The position numbers were made by a program, and so were the translations under genes. From a virus: 64,000 bases of DNA. This document shows, piece by piece, positions 41,301 to 49,400 of the stretch (positions are counted from its first letter, which is position 1; each line of letters starts with the position of its first letter). The DNA is taken from positions 31,681-95,680 of IMG/VR virus record IMGVR_UViG_3300046804_002762. One strand, written 5' to 3'. The notes beneath the pieces were generated by a model. It had not been told where the DNA came from and ran no database searches. It saw only the letters and a list, made by a program, of their open reading frames with translations.

Positions 41301-41864
41301 ACTGTTACTCAGTATGAAGGAGATTTTGGAATTATTTCTGGAATTTCAACAACTTCAGTTGGAGTTGCTTCTACTGGTATTGTTTTCGATTTTGCTATAC
41401 CAAAAGATTCTATTCTTAGAGTTGTTGGTATTGCATCAACTTCAATAACTGGAGTTACTACAATTAGTGGCATACAAACTGGATATTATTTTGCAGTATT
41501 TAATTCTAGAGTTGGTAGTGGAGTAACTTCTTTGGATGAAAATCGGCAGATTATTGGTATAGGGACTACTGGATTGGATAACATTTATAAAGTTGCAAGT
41601 GTTTCATTAGCACAAACTTCAGTGCCGGGGTTGGGAGTAACTTATGTAGCCAGAGTTACTGTTAGTGTGTCTGGATATAATGGTTTAAGTGGCATAGGAA
41701 ATAGTTCCTTATTTGCAGAATATAGTTGGGGTAAAATTACATTAAAAACCAGAACAAAGGATAATGAATATAATTCATATACAAGATCTGGATTTTCGGG
41801 AATATCAACAGGAACTATGATAATGAGAACCAATCCTCTTAAATATTATAATTATGGTATATGA
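29388..41864 (+). CDS. gp7: Giant baseplate wedge initiator (gp7-like), 4158 aa
   Basis: Between gp6 and gp8; IKDFYRSKGT, IQDSLYYQNFSYSLKS, PIIGWSYDGHPIYGPYG. Confidence 0.75.
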   Translation: MTEKRIQIKDIVNNQLPQYVKEDYPLVAEFLKQYYLSQEFPGGPVDLIQNIDRYIKVDNTTELVDYVLLQSDISIIEENISVDFLNFEQNQIDFPDNYGLISIDDELILYETKTLTGFEKCYRGFSGIISHKNVNVGIASTYSLRPSDELIFKKSEASSHKSGTKIYNLSSLFLKEFLLKLKYQLTPGFENRSFVEKANEATIIKQIKDFYRSKGTDQSFKILFRSLYGEDVEVIRTKDFLFRPSDAQYKITNDFIVEKISGPIEKITNLTLFQDEYLNIPKSYGTITEPLEEIVSEDGKIFYKLKIDGGYNRDLIYDGSTYGNFSVHPKTRVIGNYNIQSTSIDVDSTVGFPNNGEFLVTYEDGTQGVILYNSKSLTQFIDCTNITKNILDNSIISVNTYAYANTDDGEEIRVRIVSTLNNLDIPDDNTLFSEGDTIKIKTLGFEDGDSRLNSWLFNLPITYDVESYSIFDNFDNTYSLTLKDNHTLKVGDTLQIIDNLGNTKQSTIIDVTSDKTILIVGQGFLPESLYKIKRNILKGKSSKYSYIGEISTNIQNIYTNKNNDILIASPSIPYYPNCDLNLNNRSVSFSGSYKSGSTIFKLTSSTDHGFYTGDSVYYTPEKETIQTNDIDGNTNSFEIIASSLFDEGIYFVKRIDKNNIKLAKSKSDILYEKYVSPEDDVVINDNKIEFIEFSGKEIRSQKLLREISNPIISEKKETTIPGFTGILINGTEILNYKSKDKIIFGPIEKIDVVSGGSDYDVINPPKLIISDSVGSGATGHCSVSGSLKEIRILDPGFDYLEDPIVQITGGNGIGAVAKCNTKLITHKSTFNAEKGSGLVGIGSSISTVGFSTYHKFRNGEEVIYKTNSHKAVGGLSTDSKYYISTVSTTKIKLHRTLGDAISGINTITLSDYGIGNHDFECVNKKRILSSISVENSGSGYQNKKRTTSYSGIDISSDTITIENHGFLSGEIIKYTTTGTVIGGLVKDRNYYVLRIDDNQFRLCEIGTGNYVPDYFYKTSQFINLTSRNSGVHVFNYPNIEVNIIGSVGISSNYKARIDPIFRGEITSFHLELKGSSYGIEEVFNIERQPSVNILSGSGSEFDLIVSNGRIQKVLINSVGQNYTCSPDLIVVGDGVGAVLSPVVLNNQIIDVEVIEPGAGYSADNTRIIASHPGSGAKFNCKIKTWTVNLFTKYLNIFAEDDGCLSPGLNSEYELEYCHLYAPRKLRQILYSKDQSGKILFSNPDLKFSRNREIKSKDHSPIIGWSYDGHPIYGPYGYSKKSGGIVSQMKSGYKLSLNQNRPSRNYFPPGFFIEDFVYQKSNDESVLDENNGRFCITPEFPNGTYAYFSTFEELSVDSSGPFKGYYRPKFPYLIGNSYNSKPNDFNFKKKSNQDSIDLNRTDWVRNTYAYNITKTNSRYEYITLPNNLNQSIDVIGVSPGSIDSIGISTGGDGYKVNDNLVFNNIDSEGKSRTFGSLVSAVVSELAGKSISTISVASTSLYNVSIYPSNKKGEYILYNNSPHTISNNDLFTISGLNTTSNIIGGNYIAGVTTNRLVLVGLGTTTVGIASANITGIVTYISVRGNLDFPNIRENDIFSIDEEKIKVLNVDKKSSRLRILRQIDNTPGLSHSVTTIIYENSRKLFVKVPKENDITNYNSYLKNKQIYFNPQESLGIGTVGIGTTIYFSNPGVGATQVFIPLRTIYLPDHGLNTGDLLTYNVNSGNSIIISSTGIGTATLSDNSSVYVARINENLIGISTVQVGLGSTGFFSGITTSTKNIGLLFFAGIGTGTYHSFKTNYPEVNCDISQYVATVSTAQTHGLTTDDVVDVVVSSSATTITIKYNDFNRRIIVNPRDFVGSDISTSNNTITIQNHGYINGQRVIHTSSSPSGGLVDNKMYYIVSINKDIIKLSNSYYDSTIERPNTINITSASNGTISPINPPIDLYRNSIVTFDLSDSSLSYTNNSKTYSAFKFELYSDNQFEKVFDSDQQDNNFNVQRAGAVGTSGATLTLKIDESLASTLYYNLLPLDYTGLFLPDQKKEIIKDDTVNSRNQLRIKNSIYNGTYKIRVSEPNSFQYFLSSDPEVKSYTSGISTTSTLSSYLKYTTKSLTATGPISDIKITNKGTNYYSLPAITSVSSLNGNGCILDARSNTIGKIKKIKIVNGGFDFTSDKTLKPYASFPKNIKIDNLFSISNIGISSQGRGYTTAPKLVVLDGKTKKVVPSDLSYNLGDNQVTIKINANGLTDSIPTIIPTQNSNGIGITDIIYNPSTKEAKVYLPFSFSDIGDFDANTYPIRVNDRVLIENISVGVNSTYRGFNSSNYDYSLFTITSIDLNIGGVSAVTYSLDGYLSESEFPGKYDPVNSSGRIIAERNFPIFNPSIKQNQYKKGETVKSNNSFGIVENWDPITRYLKISSKDNFKNNSIVEGLSSKTIGTASSITDLNSHAKTDFSIKVEGGWQSNAGFLNDNIQRIQDSLYYQNFSYSLKSKIDYDTWSDAVSALNHSVGFRKYSDFQMESKLDNDFSNLFVGLSTDTTATNVKVELTSYGDLNCVTDFDLGKENYLNINSKVVSDKIYFDNKPLTDYYEARGNRVLLIDDVSSQFNSGERPEKYSDIYKFNINTSRSLKFLSYIRDKKFTGQRQVMLTSLIHNGSYGSINQYGRIETAYDLGSFDFIIDQPYGVVRFYPTRYSINNYDVALLSYNLDDAFIGVGTTSIGSIASVYTNNIVSSASTINVVSLATTYTSSKILVQIFRDNLNYQFNELNVVHDGTNIDFIEYGELSTKTRSTYSSTGYGTYYPYISGGTLKIDFIPNVSIGNSFYINTANVALGDTNSSGIGTIELEYGEIRVNSVSIPSSPTPSSSTILSFTGEHDCAYCLVQVSDITNNRHTFSEVILIVDDLTSEPLITEYGNVQTFAGLGTIGASVTGIGSTTQLLFTPLPNIETQVKVYANLLGLEGNNTSSYSLSNLDINSQYGSYAGTEVDQVRTFNLTHKGYPIFERYFSANDSSIVDLSRNTIKIPSHFYSTGEKVVYETNFGEPIGIATTTIAGIGSTDKLPNTLYIVNLNNNKVRVAASASEALRPIPKVLDFTSFGIGTQHKFLSQNKNSRVVVAIDNIVQSPIVSTGLTASLTSPIFLTDESIILNDSTSFYGGDLIKINEEVMRITSIQKGNVVTVRRSWMGTDIDTHPISSLVNKVVGSYNIVDNNISFAAAPYGNVPQTYSTSPPDEQDWVGISTGSSFSGRCFMRSGIQGSSDDTYSKNYIFDDIATGFNGTNSTFTLKSSLSNITGISEEGALILINDIVQSRGLSGDLENARKGINFTLSESSGITSVTFIGSTSSVSYDINSSGLPKGGIIVSVGSTEGLGYQPLVSAGGTAIVSLAGTVQSISIGNTGSGYRASSYYDIPTSISSIVGVGSTTIFIKNENSVFGLLNLLNTGSNCSIGVGTFILSTNIVSVGSSFVRIGIGSISSKQIPIGTPVNIKVLNPQVGIVNVGISSTSSENSTITNVGFTTIIKGKISESVTITKVVTGYTSTNPPQVIIYDPLSYSDIPLVYSSSSISGVGTASSIDIVVGQGSSVIDFEIKNTGYNYRSGQILTIPTGGLTGIPTTSSFKEFQISIQEVFDDTFTGWAFGELQILDDISDLFDGERVAFPLKYFGELISIRSARGSNINPQELLLVFVNDVLQEPGKGYIFNGGSNIFFTEPPKPPVLEIPNTGDSCKILFYKGTASVDVVYKNITETVKPGDGLTLGFDSSLNQSYGLQEDERVVDAILASDLVSTNPYYGPGNTKDETLTRPITWCRQTEDKIINEQEVSKDRMLYEPVINPSAYLIKSVGIGSTTVFVDNLRPIFNQVNENKSPIPAFQDEFLSFQKQITFIPQETKTNAFATAVVSVAGTISSIAISTGGFGYVSVPDVVIQNPIGFGDTCRAEAIATVSSGIVTSITVTSPGIEYSQDNPPIVLISPPSFESETNTVTQYEGDFGIISGISTTSVGVASTGIVFDFAIPKDSILRVVGIASTSITGVTTISGIQTGYYFAVFNSRVGSGVTSLDENRQIIGIGTTGLDNIYKVASVSLAQTSVPGLGVTYVARVTVSVSGYNGLSGIGNSSLFAEYSWGKITLKTRTKDNEYNSYTRSGFSGISTGTMIMRTNPLKYYNYGI

Positions 41865-41890
41865 GTAATAAATAAATAAAAAACAAAAAA

Positions 41891-43438
41891 ATGTCTGCAA
41901 TTGTAACTGATCAGCTTAGAATATTAAATGCTAAGAATTTCGTAGAGAAAGTTTCTTCAGAACAAAATTCATATTATACATTTATTGGATTACCAAATCC
42001 ATATGATTATCAAACAAACTGGGATGAATCTCCTCCCGTTCCTAAGGACAATTTTACTGAAGAGGACGATTATTGGGATACGATGATCGCTCTAAAGAAG
42101 ATAAATTCTGAGGATATTCGTCAAGTTGTTCCAAAGAGAGTTTGGTCTTCTGGAACAATTTATGATATGTACAGACATGATTATAGTAGAACAAATATAT
42201 CTAAAGTTTCGGGGGCAACAAATCTATATTCATCATTTTATTTTGTTATTAATAGTGAATATAGAGTTTATATTTGTTTGAACAATAATTCTAATCCAGA
42301 CACCCCAGGTGGAGGACCGTCATTAGATGAACCTCTTTTTACAGATTTGGAACCGAGAGCAGCTGGGGATAGCGGAGACGGATATATTTGGAAATATCTC
42401 TACACCATAAAACCAGCAGATGTTATAAAATTTGAAACCTCTGATTTTATTCCTGTTCCAAAAAATTGGGAAACATCTGTAGATTCTGCATTAATAAGAA
42501 ACAATGCAGTTGATGGTTCCATAAAGACTATAATAATTACAAATAGAGGAAGTGGTCTTGGGGAGGCAAATACTTATTTTAATGTTCCCATTAAAGGAAA
42601 TGGAACGGGAGCTACATGTACGATTGTGGTTAATGAAAATGGAGAGATAGATACGATAACTGTTTCGAATCAAGGTTTTGGATATACATTTGGTAGTGTT
42701 GATTTATCTGGAGGAAATTTTCCAACAGGCGATACACTTCCGTCCTTTGATGTAATCATTTCCCCAAAAGGTGGTCATGGTTATAACATTTATAGGGAAC
42801 TTGGTGCATTTAATGTCTTAACATACTCTAGAATTGAAAATGATAATGAAAATCCAGATTTTATTACAGGAAATCAAATTGCTAGAATTGGAATAGTTGA
42901 AAATCCAGAAGTAACTACAGGGACTATTTTAACTTCGGATAAAGCTAGTTCTGTTTATGCTATAAGATTGACTGGAACAGGATACAGTAGTTCAAATTTT
43001 GTATATGATTCTTATATAACACAGACGATATCTACTGGAACAACTGCCGTTGGTAGAGTTATTAGTTATAATTCAACAACTGGTGTTTTAAAATATTGGC
43101 AAGATAGAAATTTATCTGGTTTTAATACTGTAGGAACTGCACAAACTAATCCAACTTATGGATTTAATCTTAATAGATTTACAAGTTCCCCGTCTACTGG
43201 TGGAAATTTGGTTATAAATGGAAACTCTGGTGGAACTTTGTCAATAGATACATCCTTTACTGGCATATCTACTACAATAAATAATAGAACATATTATCTA
43301 GGTCAAACTTTTACAAATGGAATTTCATCTCCAGAAGTAAAAAAATATTCCGGAAATATCATTTATGTTGATAATAGACCGGCAATAACTAGATCATCAA
43401 ACCAAAAAGAAGATATTAAAGTCATTTTGCAGTTTTAA
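41891..43438 (+). CDS. gp8: Baseplate wedge subunit gp8
   Basis: YRVYICLNN, DGYIWKYLYTI, RSSNQKEDIKVILQF. Confidence 0.9.
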   Translation: MSAIVTDQLRILNAKNFVEKVSSEQNSYYTFIGLPNPYDYQTNWDESPPVPKDNFTEEDDYWDTMIALKKINSEDIRQVVPKRVWSSGTIYDMYRHDYSRTNISKVSGATNLYSSFYFVINSEYRVYICLNNNSNPDTPGGGPSLDEPLFTDLEPRAAGDSGDGYIWKYLYTIKPADVIKFETSDFIPVPKNWETSVDSALIRNNAVDGSIKTIIITNRGSGLGEANTYFNVPIKGNGTGATCTIVVNENGEIDTITVSNQGFGYTFGSVDLSGGNFPTGDTLPSFDVIISPKGGHGYNIYRELGAFNVLTYSRIENDNENPDFITGNQIARIGIVENPEVTTGTILTSDKASSVYAIRLTGTGYSSSNFVYDSYITQTISTGTTAVGRVISYNSTTGVLKYWQDRNLSGFNTVGTAQTNPTYGFNLNRFTSSPSTGGNLVINGNSGGTLSIDTSFTGISTTINNRTYYLGQTFTNGISSPEVKKYSGNIIYVDNRPAITRSSNQKEDIKVILQF

Positions 43439-43444
43439 CGAATT

Positions 43445-46400
43445 ATGTCTCAGAAAACTAATTTAAACGTATCACCATATTTTGACGACTTTAATCCCAA
43501 TAATGATTACCATAGGGTTCTTTTTAAACCAGGATATCCAGTTCAAGCTAGAGAATTAACCACTCTCCAATCAATATTACAAAATCAAATTGAAAAATTT
43601 GGTCAGCATTTTTTTAAAGAAGGGGCAAAGGTAATATCAGGTAACACTGGATATTCACAATTATATTATTGTGTTCAGTTGGAAAATAATTATCTTGGAG
43701 TTCCGGTTGCAGCATATATTGATCAACTTGTTGGTGCAAAAATAACAGGTCAAACATCCGGTGTTACCGCTGTGGTTGATAAAGTATTATTACCACAGGA
43801 CTCGGAAAGAGGAAATCTTACTCTATACATAAATTATTTGGGTTCTAGTACTCAAAATAATTCCACTCAAGAATTTTCTGATGGAGAGTTGTTAACTTCT
43901 AATATTATAATTACATCCGGTCTTCTTGGAAATACCTCTATTGCAGTAGGAGAACCTTTTGCTTCAACAATTTCTACTAACAATTCTGCCGTTGGATCAT
44001 GTTTTAATATATCAGAAGGTGTTTATTTTATAAGAGGGCAGTTTGTCAATGTAAAAAAAGAAACTTTAGTACTAGATCAATATACAAATAAACCAAACTA
44101 TAGAGTTGGACTTTATATTGATGAAAAAATAGTAAATTCAAATACAGATGAGACCCTGAATGATAACTCCCAGGGATTTAACAATTACGCTTCTCCAGGA
44201 GCAGATAGATTAAAAATATCAGCATATTTATTCAAAAAATCATTAACAGATTTTGATGATGGAAATTTTGTGGAGCTTGCCACTATTGTAGATGGCACAA
44301 TTCGCTCAAAAACAGAAGATGATAAATATTCGTTCATAAAAGATGAGTTGGCAAGAAGGACCTATGCTGAATCTGGAGACTACTTAGTTTCTCCATTTGA
44401 CGTTTCAGTAAGAGAATCTCTAAATGATCAAAAAGGGAATGATGGTATATTTAATAAGAACCAAATTACCTATGGTGGAGACACCCCAAGTGAAAGTAAG
44501 GTAGTTTATAAAATATCTCCAGGAAAAGCATTTATCAGAGGGTATGAAGTAGAAACAATTTCTACTTCATTTTTAGATGTAAATAAACCGAGAACCACAC
44601 AAACTTTAGAAAATCAGTCAATTGTTTATAATACTGGTTCATCTTTAAAGCTTAATAGAGTTTATGGTTCTGCTCCTGTCGGATTAGGAAATACTTTTGT
44701 CTTAAGTTTAAGAGATGAAAGAGTAAATTCTTCTAGCACATCAAGTTCTGGAAAAGAAATAGGTCTTGCTAGAGTTTATGATTTTTGGTTGAACTCCGGT
44801 TCATATAGTATTTCAAATACAAATTTAAACGAATGGAATATTTCATTATATGATATTCAAACTTTTACAAATATTACATTAAATAATCCAATTACTCTTT
44901 CTACTCCAACTTTTATTAAAGGAAATAATAGTGGAGCAACAGCATTTTTAAGAGATAATGTTACTGTTGGAACGGCTTTAACTTTATATGATGTAAAAGG
45001 TACATTCATTCCATTCGAATCACTTTCCTTTGATGGAATTAATTCCGGATTAATAGGTATTGCAGTTACGACATATGGAATTTCCGATGTAAAATCAGTT
45101 TATGGTAATGTAAGTTCTGCATCAACCTTTTCCGCAGATACTATACAATCAACTGCTTTTAATATAGGAATTGCAACAATAAGTGCAACGTCTGGTGGTG
45201 TAAGTACTGTAAGAAGTTCTAATACTCTCTTTCCAGGAAAAATTGTTAAAGTTGGAAATTTAGTTAAATATACGGATACAACAAAACCAGATCCAGTAGT
45301 AGCAAAAGTAATTGGTGTTGGTGCATCAACTATTTCTATAGTTGGAGTGACTACCGTAAATGGAATAGTGAATGGTTCTTTACCATCATCATCTCTGAAT
45401 GTAACGGATTTTAGGGTAATTAAAACAGATTTGGAAAGATCAACAGATAATACATTATATACAAAACTTCCAAAAAATAATATATCTAATGTAGATATTT
45501 CAAATTCTATTCTCATTGTAAGAAAAACATTTACTGTCAATATTTCTGACAATAAACTTTCTGCAGTAGTTACTTCAAGTGCAAATGAGACTTTTTTACC
45601 TTTTACAGAAAAAAGATATTCTTTAGTAAGATCTAATGGAACTGTCGAGATTTTAACTTCAGATAAATTCGAATTTACTTCCGGTGGAACAGAACTGCAA
45701 ATTTATAATCTTGGTTCTAATGATACAAATGCTACTTTGGTGGCAACTTTACAGAAAATAAAACCAAAAGAAAAAGTTAAAAGGAAGACTAGAGTAAATT
45801 CTATAGTTGTTTCAAATTCAAAATATGAAGGATCTGGAATCGGGGGCACTACTTTAAATGATGGTTTAGTATATGGAAAATATCCATATGGAACTAGAGT
45901 TCAAGATGAGAATATATGTCTAAATGTTGCTGATATTATAGAAATTCATGGCATTTATGAATCCGAAGATACTTCAAATCCCTCATCTCCCAAAGCGGTT
46001 TTAGCATCTATTACAAGTCCGTCCTCTACAACTTCAGAATTAATAATAGGGGAAGAAATTTTAGGATCAACTAGTGGTGCTACAGCTATTGTTGCAGAAA
46101 AATTAACTTCATCGCAAATATCTTTATTATATAAAAATGCAAATAGATTTAGTGAGGGAGAAACAATTACTTTCTCAGAGTCAAACATCCAAGCACAAAT
46201 ATTAACTTTAGATACTCCAAGTTTTGACGTTTCTTTTAATTATACCTTTAATAGAGGTCAAAATGGAAGTTTTTATGATTATGGTTATATAACAAGAAAA
46301 TCTAGTGCAACTGAACCAACTAAAAAATTAAAAATATATTTTTCAAATGGATATTATGAATCAACTGATGATGGAGATATTACAACAGTAAATTCATATA

Positions 46401-49400
46401 ATTCTTTTAATTATACTTCCGATATTGGTTCTATAAACGGCACTAGAAATACTGATATTATTGACATCAGACCTGTAGTAAATAATTATTCCGTTTCAAC
46501 AGGATCTCGTTCTCCTTTGGAATTTTATGGAAGAACTTTTGATTCTACTTCAAATTCCGCAAGCAGTATTTTGTCCTCGGATGAGACTTTAATCACATCA
46601 TTCTCATTTTACTTGGGAAGAATTGATGCAATTTATTTGTCAAAAGAGGGTAAGTTTCAAGTAAAATATGGAACACCTTCAGAAAAACCACAAAATCCAG
46701 TTTCATTGGATGACTCTTTACAAATAGCAACAATCTCTTTACCTCCATATCTATATTCTGTAGAGCAAGCATCAATAAGATTTTTGGAATATAAAAGATA
46801 TAGAATGAGTGATATAAAAAATCTTGAAAATAGAATTAAAAATCTTGAATATTACACTTCTCTTTCTCTATTGGAAACAAATACTTCAAATTTGTTTATT
46901 TCTGATTCTGACGGTTTTAATAGATTTAAATCTGGATTTTTTGTAGATAATTTTACATCATATTTGCCCCAGGAAACTGGTTCGGATATTAATAATTCTA
47001 TTGATATTCAATTCAAAGAATTAAGACCAAAAGCTTATCCAACTTCAATAGATTTAACACCGGGATATTCTTCCACAAATACAACTACCGCCGATTTGGC
47101 ATTTGAAAATCCAGATGGCATAAACATTAGACGATCTAATAATATTATAACTTTAGATTATGCAGAAGTTGAATGGTTAAAACAATCTTTTGCGACAAGA
47201 TCCGAAAGCGTAACTCCATTCCTCATTAGTTTCTGGCAAGGAACTGTTGAACTCACCCCAGCATCAGATACTTGGATGGATACTGTTAGGATTGAGGCAA
47301 AAATTATTAGTGCTGAAGGCAATTATGCAGAAACACTAGCAAATGCTTCTAGAACACTAAATGTTAATCCTCAAACAGGATTTGCTCCTACCGTTTGGAA
47401 TGCTTGGGTTACTAACTGGACTGGCCAAGATACTATAACAACAACCGCACGAAGAACTGTTTTGGGACAAGCTACAGCAGGTTGGGGAAGAGTGGCGCTG
47501 TGGGGCACTTTAACTGATACTACTTTTGAAGACACAATCAGAGAAGTTAGAGATACTGGTGTTATGTCAAGAACCGGTACTCAAACAATAGTCACCGAAC
47601 AATTTGATAGAACTTCTGTTGGGGATAGAGTTGTTAGTAGAGATATTATCCCATTTATGAGATCCAGAAACGTTCAGTTTGTTTCTAAAAAAGTCAAACC
47701 CCTAACACAATTATATGCTTTCTTTGATGGGGTTGATGTAACAAAATATTGTGTTCCAAAATTACTTGAAATCACAATGCGATCTGGCGTTTTTCAAGTC
47801 GGAGAAACTGTAACGGGATATATTCAATCAACTACTGGACAACAATCATCTCACATAACCTTTAGAGTGGCACAAACAAACCATAAAGAAGGTCCATATA
47901 ACTTAGCTTCAGTAACATATCCAAGAAATCCATACAATTCTCAAATTCTTCCCCCAACATATTCATCAACATCAACTATTTTAAATGTTGATACATTTTC
48001 CCTATCAAACAATTCTCAAGGAGAATATAGTGGATGGGTAAAATCTGGAATGGTTTTAATTGGTCGAACTAGTGGAGCACAAGCCACTATTACTAATGTA
48101 AGACTGTTCTCTGATCTTTCTGCTACTTTAATTGGCAGCTTTTATATTCCCAATCCAAATACTAACGTTCATCCAAGATTTGAAGCTGGCACAAAAACAT
48201 TCACTCTCTTAAATAACAATACAAATGACCAAAATGCAGCTTCTACTATAGCAGAAGAAGCATTTACGTCGAGTGGTACTATAGAAACAGTCCAAGAAAA
48301 CATTATTTCTATAAGAAATGCAAGAATTGAAAATAAACAATTATTTGAGGAGCAGGCAGTTTCAAGAACGACTGGATCTCAAGTAGTTAACAGTAGAGTT
48401 ATCGCACAAACTCAAAGACTCGGTATTATTGGATGGTATGATCCTCTTGCACAATCATTTCTAGTTGATAATGAAGACGGTGTTTTCCTGACTAGTTGTG
48501 ATGTATTCTTCAAAACAAAGGATGATATAGATATTCCGGTTACTTTCCAATTAAGAACTATGAAGGGAGGATTCCCTACTCAATATGTTCTACCATTATC
48601 CGAAATTATACTTAATCCGGATCAAGTTAATGTATCGGGAGATGGATCTGTAGCAACTAGAGTAACATTTAAAGCACCAGTTTATTTGGAAGGGGGAGGC
48701 GAATATTGCATTTGTCTTGCATCAAATTCCACAAAATATAGTGTTTATATATCTAGAATAGGTGAAAATGATTTGCTCACACAAACGTTCATATCAAATC
48801 AACCATATCTAGGTTCTTTATTTAAATCACAAAATGCTTCTACATGGGAAGCTAGTCAGTGGGAAGACCTCAAATTTACTTTATATAGAGCAGATTTTAT
48901 TGAAAACGGTTCTATAGATTTTTATAATCCAGAGTTAACTGAAGGTAATGCACAAATTGCAAAGTTAGCGCCAAATTCTCTACAATTTAATTCTAAAAAA
49001 ATTAGAGTAAGTCTCTCATCTACTATTTCAGACTCTGGCATAAAACTTGGAAATACTATAATTCAACAAAATTCTAGTGGAAGAGGAAATTATGTAGGAA
49101 GTGCAGGAAGTGCAACGGGGACTCTTTCTATAAGTAATCCAGGTATTGGATATACACCAACTCCAGGTTCTGGTGGATATACATTCAATAACGTAAGTTT
49201 AACTACAATTACTGGTAAAGGTACCGGAGCTACAGCAAATATAACTATTTCAAACGGTGTAGCTGCAGCAGCAACAATTGTTAGTGGTGGAAGTGGATAT
49301 CAGGCAGGGGATGTTCTTGGAATCAGTAGTATTGGAAATTCCCCTGCGGGAAGAAATGCAAGGCTAACTATAGTTTCAATAGGAAACACAAATCAAATTG